DNA of 64,000 nucleotides from Endomicrobiales bacterium. Lineage in GTDB: Bacteria > Elusimicrobiota > Endomicrobiia > Endomicrobiales > CAWCFT01. Of this stretch, positions 56,001-64,000 are shown in pieces (position 1 is the first letter of the stretch; each line of letters begins with the position of its first letter). The notes below the pieces were generated by a model. The model was not told the DNA's origin and did no database searches. It was given only the letters and a program-made list of their open reading frames with translations. The position numbers were made by a program, and so were the translations under genes. The stretch is from NCBI GenBank assembly GCA_963794945.1, contig CAWCFT010000011.1:32001-96000 (forward strand), in the 5' to 3' direction.

Positions 56001-56404
56001 ATTTCGGCTTTATTGCTGGAGCTATCCAGCATGCCTATCGTGAAGGTTTCATTGCCGACTGCGCCTTTTACATAAAAAACAAGGTTAGTATAGGAAGATA
56101 AATTTACTGTGGGAGATGACACAAAAGCCCATGCGTCCCAGTTGTTACCGCCGCCCCATACCAATTTGTAATATTTAATTGGATCAAATGCGCATCCATT
56201 GGGATCTGTCATTTCTGTAAAACCGGACTGATATAAATTCCATTCTTGCAAACTGATATTCGATCCTAATCCGGCATCAGAGTAAATAATATCATCGGCA
56301 GCAAAAACCGATACGGCAAAAATCGTCGATACGGCTAAAGCGATAAGCAGCCCTCTTAGCAACTTATTTACCCACAATGATGTTTTAACTATATTGAAAG
56401 TCAT
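53054..56404 (-). CDS. Secreted multidomain protein: CBM-like, 2x Fn3/Ig, CBM-like, six-hairpin glycosidase-like, C-terminal pilin-like domain
   Basis: 'WQMVKIPLSSF..YIDYI', 'WQSVAIPISSF..WIDNV', 'YYWRVKA', 'TYDQALA..WLEGTGQMA'; last ~190 aa homologous to 57254-58029. Confidence 0.75.
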   Translation of the reverse strand: MTFNIVKTSLWVNKLLRGLLIALAVSTIFAVSVFAADDIIYSDAGLGSNISLQEWNLYQSGFTEMTDPNGCAFDPIKYYKLVWGGGNNWDAWAFVSSPTVNLSSYTNLVFYVKGAVGNETFTIGMLDSSSNKAEIPLSVTVTTNWQMVKIPLSSFKSANSSLNLNSISDPIYFSFTATTPVETVYIDYIFMSNDTTPPAAPTLLQPANGGSSINSPLLGWSNVTDPSGVAYEVQLDTHGPTIPSATVDVSSISATQYTPTTSLAVGTTCWWRVKTTDGVGNVGVWSSTFSFTIAAVETSSPSVPSNVSPANASSSYCPSPVLTWSQVTDVSGVTYKMQIDNNVTFASPLLTVPGVPSNIYSVSPALAAGTYYWRVKAINGVGNQSDYSSYSSFNVVATTWTIFNVLNDQDAAGYVGTYLASGASLNFANDYSTFTTGNFSFREDFGITPSQWAGWFVQEGGSGSNTTRSMATYSSGYLAFDFKSSSADVQIGIRSNNESAGTGTAQLMLGQNMGVLLNNQWQSVAIPISSFTALDANLNLSTMTVYFNAAAVGADIGTASGSFWIDNVRWMSPGFVSPNAQYVLNELENKQSATTGLVRSYETINEAVTYDQALAIMAYCYYGSTVSAQNVLSAYKNHITWDATGGYADEYSVDNWSVLIATRTTGPNLWMLQAIMYYRYMTGDTTYDTMMNNLATWLAARQDADGGLKFGYDGSTWLSYKGTEHNLTGYAVFQNYAQISGDSTFNTKANNIKSWLDTMWGQWNSETGYRFKVCSNVPAIDKALDCYSLAALAFTTGTYNACLSSVDGYFRNSKTSDLTGAFVDGYDFGGLSGQQPDMDAVWLEGTGQMAEAYNISGNATLGAYFTSQIENAISPMGSNIQGLGYATNQGTAYGGWIMDSTHQCVSSAAWYLFAKNQFNPLYPIPLFQVGIYNTLDNSATTYFTWTTPSLPTGWVAANQYIKINCVPDYSNWGIQIYTDNKASNANPKFTGTGNPAGLVCQTATTVALPLAWRCVDITTNTLSVQQGAPSYPARLWVTGLGNQYPCFLWMEDKNTAGFTNNSDYVTVWNTSGIQTAEYAWSNATTPIYIYLAADFANASTPNTYTTNKLTLEFFHD

Positions 56405-57156
56405 TTAATTGTAACTTCCCCTGTTTTCTTTACTTGCACTTTAAAGACTTTTTCTTTAGTGATACCGGCGCCGGTGAGACTTACTATAACCTTATATTTA
56501 CCAGGTTTAGGAAAAGTGTCTTTTTCATTTCCGCTGGCTATAATCATCCTTGTTTGCCCTGGGTACGCTGGCCTTCCTTCCAGTATATTCAGGATAGTTT
56601 CATTTTTCTTATAAATTACCTTTATGTATCCTGACGGCCTGACATGGACATTGCCGTCATTTTTCACAATAGTCGAAAATTGCACTCCCGCCTGACTACT
56701 TTTAATTTTTGGCATGGAAAAATCCCAATCAACTCTTTCCGTGCCCTTGACGGTCACAAACAATGAAACGCTGACTATTAAAGTTACGCCTTGCTGCCCG
56801 CCTGGAACAAAACTGATCATTACCGCTCTCATTCCCGTGATAGATGTAGATATCTTTACTTTGTATTTGACTTCTTTAGTTTCGTTCGGCTCAAAAGTGA
56901 AAGATGAAGGCAATATCTGAAGCCAATCCGATATTTTTATATTCTTTTCTTCTTCTTTTGCAACATACCAGTAACGCGAATTGACAGAAATATCCGTGGT
57001 TTTACCAAAATCGTTCGTTACTTTGTAACTGCCTTCATATTCACCACCCGGAGGCAGTGCTATCTCCTGGCGGGTAGGTTCGACCATCAATCCGGCGTTC
57101 AGAACGGCATTTAGCCCTGCAACCATAAATATAGAGGCGATGGCTCGTCTTATCAT
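56401..57156 (-). CDS. PapD/EcpB/DUF916-like periplasmic chaperone
   Basis: Signal peptide; 'VEPTRQEI..YKVTN', 'WLQILPSSFTFEPNETKEV', 'VKNDGNVHVRP'. Confidence 0.7.
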   Translation of the reverse strand: MIRRAIASIFMVAGLNAVLNAGLMVEPTRQEIALPPGGEYEGSYKVTNDFGKTTDISVNSRYWYVAKEEEKNIKISDWLQILPSSFTFEPNETKEVKYKVKISTSITGMRAVMISFVPGGQQGVTLIVSVSLFVTVKGTERVDWDFSMPKIKSSQAGVQFSTIVKNDGNVHVRPSGYIKVIYKKNETILNILEGRPAYPGQTRMIIASGNEKDTFPKPGKYKVIVSLTGAGITKEKVFKVQVKKTGEVTIK

Positions 57157-57172
57157 AATCACCTGTATTTTG

Positions 57173-57205
57173 GCGGGACAGCGGTTAGGTTAACCGCTGT
57201 CCCGC
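57173..57205. other. Strong intergenic hairpin with no U-tract on the sense strand
   Basis: gcgggacagcggtta-ggt-taaccgctgtcccgc, 15-bp perfect stem. Confidence 0.8.
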
Positions 57206-57253
57206 TCAAATTTTTCAACAAATCAAACGAACAACCTGTGGCGATGAGCCATA

Positions 57254-58029
57254 TTAGTCGTGAAAAGCTTCAAGGCGCAACGTCGTGGTTCTATACGTAT
57301 TAGGAGAAATTGCACTTGCGAAATTAGCCCCGAAATATACGTAGGCCCAAGCTTGCCCTGTCGGCCCGGTAAAACCGGAAGAACCTGTGCCCGCTGCTGA
57401 TTGTAAACCCAGCGCTTGATCCCAGATTTCAGCATAATCTCCGTTGTTATCGGCTTGGCCGCTAGCAGTAGTTGTCATAGAACTCTTGTCCAGCATATAC
57501 AGGAAGCACGGGTAGCCGTTTCCACCGTTGTAACCGCCTAATTCGCTAGCGAAGAGGTTATTGCTGGGTCCTCCCTGAACAATCGTCAACGAAGTCGTTG
57601 AAATAGTAACTATACGCCAGCACATGGGCAAGACTGCGGTAGTAGTACTCGTGCCGATAAGACCAGATGGAGGGGTCACGGACGGGACGCCTGTATATTT
57701 TGGATTTGCATCCGACGCGGTATTATCCGTATACATCTGGATACCGCTGTTGGCTTGAGTCATGGTCGCATTTATAATCATATAAGCATCAGCTCTTCTC
57801 CATGCTGTCGAACCGAGCGTGATTCCCGTCGTGTCCCACCAAAGTTGTGTGGTCGTGCCACCGGCAAGGTTATACAATTGAAAAGTGTAGTTAACAGATC
57901 CCGCGTGCCGTAAACGATACACTTGCCGTAACCGTCGAAATTGCCATAGAGGTAAAACCGGCGAATGATGGAACTTTCATGGTCGCCACTAAACCTACTG
58001 CTAATGCTGCTGACCAATAATTTACGCAT
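57254..58029 (-). CDS. Secreted beta-rich ~257-aa protein, candidate major pilin (two +1 frameshifts)
   Basis: GGGAGG RBS; reconstructed MRKLLSAALAVGLVATMKVPSFA|GFTSMAISTVTASVSFT...PNTYRTTTLRLEAFHD. Confidence 0.7.
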
Positions 58030-58711
58030 ACAATGCCTCCCTTCATATTTTATCGAATTGCTTCGATAATACAACCTGGTATAAATTTACCGTCTTTATC
58101 TTTGTCGATTCTGTTTTCCCTCCCCTAAGAACGTGGTTCAAGCTGAAGCTTGAACAAAACTGCTGTTGTAAAGCCTACGGGGCCAAATTGCGTGTAAATT
58201 TAAATTTATCATGTGGAAAAAACTCAAAAAAATATCAGTTTTACAAGGATATTAACCAAATTTCACATTGAACAACCCTATTTGAAATCCCTAAAACTGA
58301 ATAAAACGTAGTGGATATGGTCACTCTTGTCAATTATTAATCTGGCCTGCCCGCCGATGCATTTTTGGCGGCCGATAATGGGTAAGGATGAGGCAGGTGC
58401 TAAGACAATCGTGACTTTTTGTTACAATTCTTTAACTTGAAACACCCAAGATACGTCTAATTAAACAAAATTATTAACTAGCAGTCAATCGAATATATTG
58501 ACTTGAATTGATTTTCCGATGTTTCGGCCTCAGCAAGTGCTTATCCCTAGCTAATTATATAATTTACTGTTGATTTATTGAGCATATTTCTGTGAAATTA
58601 TTGTGAAATCCAAATATCCCGAATTCAATATTAATTATTACTAAGTTGTTATGCTTTGAGGGCTAAAGGTAGACCGGAATGCAGGATACCAACTTGGGAA
58701 GAACCTCGGGG

Positions 58712-60219
58712 TCACTCAGAAACGAAATCGGAGTTTTCTCTTTTGGATTTCACTATCTTGTAAGACACCTTGTTTGTATTGAACGCAAGAGGATTGAACC
58801 CACAAAGAGCATAATACCTCCATACAGTTGACGAAACTGAAGCTACCCATTGCCCATTAGAACCCCTGGGAATTTCCCACTCGTTGGAAAATGCGAATAA
58901 TATGTTTTTCTCTCCAAGGCATTTTGAGGTATAAGGCAGGCGACCAATCGACAAGCCTTACCGTGGCAGAAAGCTTTTCGATCTCATCAGAGAATTTTAT
59001 AGCCTTAAGCCTGTATTCTTCTGCTTTTTCTTTACGCCCCACACTTTTCGCGTATCGAGACATTACCTGGTAGGCAACAGTTTGAAATCCTGTGCCTTCC
59101 AACCATATAATCCTTATGGCATTATTTCTTCCAGGAGGGTCGGTGAAATCAAACCCTTCCACCCGCTCACCCATCACATCGTTTATTACGAGAAAATGGT
59201 TTTCTGCGTAATCCATAAGATAGAACGGGTCTATGCCCATTTCTTGAAGTTTTCCCGGACCAAATGCTGCTATGGTCCACGATACTGTATCCAGAGCACG
59301 CACCGTTCTGCGGGCCTTTTTCGTTATAACCGCAATTAAAAGACTTTTCCTCTGGGTTATAGGCCACTTCCTTTATCCACCTTTCGATGCCTTTCATTTC
59401 ACCGTCTATATCGTTTAATCCGTAATTATATTTTGCGAATTTTTCCCTGACCCTGCTGTCGCCTGATAAATATAGTTGCTTTAACATGGAAAGGACGGCG
59501 TAATAATCAACATTGTTTTCCGTGGAAAATACCTTTGCCCAATCAGGACCCCACCCATAGCCCATCGAAACCCCGCCTCTTTGCCCGTCCGCGAACTCCC
59601 AGTGCTGAAGTTGTTGGACCCATTTCACCATATCTATCACAAAACCCAGATACTGGAGGTCATCTGTCATTGACGAATACTGCAAAATGGCCAACGCTAC
59701 CCACATATTAGGGCCGAGGTGTATCCGAATGCCGTCTATACCCACCAAAAGCCCATCCGTCCCACCCGAATTGGTCCTATATGAGTTGCACAAACCGATA
59801 TATTCATTTTTTAACATGTAAAATTCCCTTTTATAGGATGAAAATATTTTACATGCTTTCTGCGGCTGTCCGGCAAGAGTGAACGCCAAAGTGGCTACCG
59901 CGCTGTCATATGTGAACGATTGACAGTCCAATACACCTCCGCTACCGTAGCAGAAAGCTCTTGTAAAAATATCGAAAGTATATCTGCTCGTACCGCGAAA
60001 ACTTTCAACGAGTCCGTTAACTTCAGACTGTTGTTTATCAAGGAATTCAGTTGTTTGAACTTCGATCTTATATAATTTTCTCTTTAAGTCGGGTGAAATG
60101 AAAGGATTAACAGCGTTTTTATTGAGGTAGTTGCCAGCAAAAACATCGCCGCAAAAAAGGAACAGCACAAAGGCACAAAAGGCAAACTTGATGGATATTA
60201 GATAAGATTTATTAAGCAA
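58712..60219 (-). CDS. Secreted six-hairpin glycosidase-like protein, two frameshifts
   Basis: 'GLVESF', 'TYDSAVA', 'GPNMW', 'STENN', 'WLEGTG', 'SVSSTVW' are all mirrored in the 1116-aa protein. Confidence 0.7.
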
Positions 60220-60335
60220 AACGATTATTCCCGCCCCAAGAGAACGCTGGGGCTATAATAGCTTAAAGACTGTGTTACATAATTATGCTGATAAATGAAA
60301 GAATATCAAGTGTTTTTTGGAAAGAGTAATCGGTA

Positions 60336-60359
60336 ACCCCGCAGCGAGCTACGGGGAAT
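60336..60359. repeat. Short palindrome resembling IS200/IS605-end or REP hairpins
   Basis: accccgcagcgagctacggggaat. Confidence 0.4.
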
Positions 60360-60398
60360 AGTCAAGTTTAATGTTTTAAAAGTTAAATCTGATCTGCG

Positions 60399-62910
60399 TT
60401 ACTTTATTATGAGCAACCTGCATTTATCCTTCTCTTCGCCAGATGAATATTTCTTTTTGATTATGCAGGGATAAGTGCCGTTATACATCGTGTTTCCACT
60501 TTCGTCTTTGCCGTTGTATTCTACCTGGTTTGTCCCTTTGTGAAGACCGGTAACACTACCGGCCCAACAGCGGTCGCCGTACTCGCTGTATATCTTTATG
60601 TCCACATCTCCATCTTCAGTCATCTCAAACACAATATTTGTGCTCTGTCCACGCGCTGGATCGAACGGGTTCGGGTAATTAAATGCCTTTGTTGGCTCTT
60701 TAATAGTGGTAAATGAATACTCCGGACTTTCTGAAACCACGCCATACTGGTTTGCTACCTGAACCTGCCAGTTGTAAACCATGCCAGATTCCAAAGTATC
60801 TATTGTATAGCTCGTATTTTTTCCAATGTATACAGCGGCTAAACCACTGCTAATGCTTTTGTTGCTGCCGCTGGGCAATATGGCAGGCGACTGCTGTTTA
60901 GTTTGTGGCTTGCTTAGATACAATGTATATGTTAGGTCATCATTATTCGGGTTGTTGCAGGCCCAGCACAAGCGAACCTGTCCTGAAACAACGCTTGCCC
61001 CGTTCGTTATCCCCTGTGAAGCATTCTGGGGAACGTTCGGTGCTGGTGCGCCTACCTGAAAACTGCCTGTTAAAGTGGCTGTTGAAGCACAGCCATAAAT
61101 GTCACATGCTTGAAAATTATACGTATAGCCGGAACAGGGAACCAAAAATGTGGCTGTAGAATAAACAGCTCCCGTGGCATAGTTGCCGGAATACAGGTTC
61201 ATGCCGATGCAATACACTGTAGTGCCGCCGCTTAAAATATTAACCTGCGGATAGCCGGAAGCAGGAGGGTAACTGTCAGCGTACATAACATGAAAATAAA
61301 AAGTAGTATTTCTATTTCCAAAAATAGGATAAACACCAGTGCCAGTATAATTTGTTTCATTTGTAAATGAAATTTGCGGAGCAACTGCTTCTACTACCGA
61401 AGGCCCAGTTTGAATAGTTGTCGGAATGCCAGCCGCTGCGCAGTCCCCATTCATCCTGTGCCGTAAAATAATAAGAGTACGCTGTTGCGGGCGACAATAG
61501 CGTAGAAACGCTATAATTTGCACCTGATAGCGGAATATAACTGGCGTTTGTGGAACTCATACTAAGTAATTGCACAGTAGTGCCGCCGTTTAATATATAA
61601 ACCATCGGAAAACCACTTTTAGGAGAATCGTTTTCAGTGTCATAATATTTAACCTTAAAAACAAAAATTGTATTGCTTGCGCCGACTGTAGGGGATAATC
61701 CAGCATTAAGATACGCGAGCGGGTTACCCGTCCAACCAAGCACTGGAGTAGTATTATTCCTAACGAAATCAATGCCATCTTGCTCAGAAACTAAGTTATT
61801 AACCGAATGATTGGCTGGATTGAATGTGTAAGTGCCTATTCCCGGCATTGAACTCACGCTGACAATCCAGTTGCTATAAGAAGGCACCATCATCTGATAA
61901 TAACCTGCAGAACTAGTTTGAGTATAATGTGTCGAAAGCCCAACAGCTTCAACTGTCACTGAAGATATAGGTGTCACACTATCTGGTTGAGTAACCCATC
62001 CAGTAATCGCATATCCGTTAGCCCATGTTACGGTATAACTATCAATCATAGGTATTGCGTTTGGGTTCGTTGTTGAAAAAGAAGAGATTATCTGCAAATA
62101 GGGACCCACACTTGAAGATATTGCTCCGCCTTTTGTCAGCGGAATTGAAGCATTTGTATTGAGATTATAAGTGCTTGTAGCCGTAACGATATAATAGCTG
62201 ATGCTGCTTGATGAAGGTTGTGTGTCATAGGCATTAAATGTCCACCAATTACACCAGTTTGACCCTGCGTTGAATATTTGTGAAGTGTAAGAACCCGAGG
62301 TATAATAAACTATAAAATTATTTACTTGCAAACCAAACATATCGTAACTACTCTGGCAATGACCATATATGCGGAAATATCTGCACGATATCGTTGAAGA
62401 GAGTGAACAATATGCCTGAGTTGCACCACCTACAGACGTTAAAGAAGATTGAATAATTTGCCAGTGCATACTATCTTGAGAAATCTCCAAATCTGATTCA
62501 CTTGCAACGGCAGGATCAGGACCATAATTCGCATTTTGACATAAGACAGTACATGTTATCCCAGAAATAGGAATACAACATCCTAAGTCTATCTGCCACC
62601 ATTTGTTTGTAAGCGTAAGACTTGATCTATACCAATCATTGCTATTACCATCAACAGCATTTGATGGCGGATAGCCTACTGAATAATCGCTTGCTGTTGC
62701 TATTTTATTCATTGCCAAGTCAATAACTGTAGAAGACAATAATGCAACGCTCCCAGTGTAAGTCGTAGTATCAATATTCACCCCTGACCCTGCGGCCAGT
62801 TTGCCTGCGGTTTGCTGCGTCCAACTGCCGGTCCCAAGGCAATAGACAGTTGAAGCAAAACCGGCTATCGCAATAACTACAAAAATGTACCGCAAGCTGC
62901 TTCTTCTCAT
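60399..62910 (-). CDS. Secreted F5/8-type C (discoidin)/Ig/Fn3 protein with T9SS type-A-like CTD, frameshift near 61430
   Basis: 'NAVDGN..WWQIDLG..RYFRI'; duplicated 'G..NT.F.F.V.Y.D' modules; 'NYPNPF..IKIYS..G..YNGKD.SG..NGTY'. Confidence 0.75.
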
Positions 62911-63769
62911 GTATGTACCTTAAAGTTCAAAGGTTTAAAGTTTAGGGTCACCATATTCTCCATTTGGCAAAGTCGTAAATCCGTTGTTGCATGTGATATG
63001 AAAGAGGGACACAGTGTCATAGTGACAGGCCTGCCAGTTTGTCATTGAGGAAGACCTAAGTCCGCAATACATAACTAATATGGATACATTTTTGGGTGCA
63101 TTGACGCACCATCTATACTACTTGCGGCCTTGTTTTTCTTGATTTTACGGACTTCTTTTTTATTGAGATCTCATTATCAACGGATACAAGCGGAATATGT
63201 TATTACAATCGTCGTTTACTGCAAAACCTATTCTTGCATACTCGCCGGCAAGTTTGCGCGCCTGCGTGGCTAATGAATGCCCTTTGTTTTGCAATACCTT
63301 AATGTAGGGTGATGTCATTTTTAGTTTAAACCCTTTGCGGGCGCATTTTCTTTCAAGCCTGTCAATATTTTATCAAAATACGGCTTATACCAGCTGTTCT
63401 TTGCCGACACTTCCGACAACTCCACAACACTTTCAATTTCCAAGCCTTTCAGATCATCATCAACTTCACTCATGGCTGTTAATCCATTTTAAACTGTATT
63501 TCCAGGCGCGTTTCAACTTAATTTTAATGTGCAGAGTTTACATATTTCCGGCTGCAATATTGGCACATTATATTGTGAGTTTTAGGGTGCAAATCATAGT
63601 TCATCATTAGTTGCATTTTCTGGAGTGTTTCAGGGTGCAGAGTTTGCACATTTCCACATGCGTTATTGGATGCGTTGTTGTTGCATTTCTTAGTGCATTA
63701 TTGACTGTATATTCATTCTGGTTAGTGTGTTTTGGAGTAGAGTATAGAGGTTGGCCAACTTGAACTCCC

Positions 63770-64000
63770 CTATTTTCCGTAACGAACGTAATCTATGTAA
63801 AATATGCCTGGTGCTGCGATTGTTGTATCGAATGCCATACTTATGCTATTTAATGACAAACCAGCGAAATCTGTTAACGGTATTTTAATTTCTTTCCAAG
63901 TATTATTAAGATTATAATAGGCACTGGCATTTACATCATAGCTATTACCTGTCCCATCTTGAATTTCAATCTTTATATCAATTGAGGATTTTATCCACAA
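63770..64000 (-). CDS. C-terminal CBM11-like domain of a gene extending beyond the window
   Basis: 'WKEIKIPLTDF...FYIDYVRY', same motif as the CBMs of the 1116-aa protein. Confidence 0.7.
   Translation of the reverse strand: MWIKSSIDIKIEIQDGTGNSYDVNASAYYNLNNTWKEIKIPLTDFAGLSLNSISMAFDTTIAAPGIFYIDYVRYGK

Noticed and set aside
62990..63065. Cobalamin-riboswitch-like words (gaagacct, cctgcc)
   Set aside because: Wrong order and strand, and no GGGAA core or B12 box.
63991..63999. Perfect DnaA box
   Set aside because: Single copy inside a coding sequence.

Overview
Bacterial chromosomal segment with every recognisable gene on the minus strand. The gene repertoire (PorV-like barrel, T9SS-like C-terminal domains, tandem O-antigen-ligase/TPR proteins, TonB receptor) suggests a diderm anaerobe, most plausibly Elusimicrobiota; this is an inference. 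The housekeeping part holds an F0F1 ATP synthase block (atpB-E-F-H-A), rex, birA, nadC, uvrB, surE, prfC, a dcw cluster (mraZ to murG), RNase P RNA, rnhA, four tRNAs, a TetR-TolC-RND unit, nth and suhB. About 15 genes, several of them essential, are split by 1-2 bp indels, which most likely reflects long-read error. The main candidate novelty is the operon at 50.5-58.0 kb. It encodes a small secreted subunit, a PapD-like chaperone, a large CBM/six-hairpin glycosidase ending in a copy of the small subunit's domain, a ZU5/T9SS-CTD protein that starts with the small subunit's N-terminal strand, and a PorV/PorP-like barrel. This reads as an usher-less, donor-strand-exchange pilus carrying a glycan enzyme at the tip and anchored through a T9SS-like route. 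Other points of note are a CPR-like ATP synthase, an in-frame palindromic insert in rsmH, a long P9 extension in rnpB, a GGA-rich sRNA candidate and a terminator inside the prfC leader.
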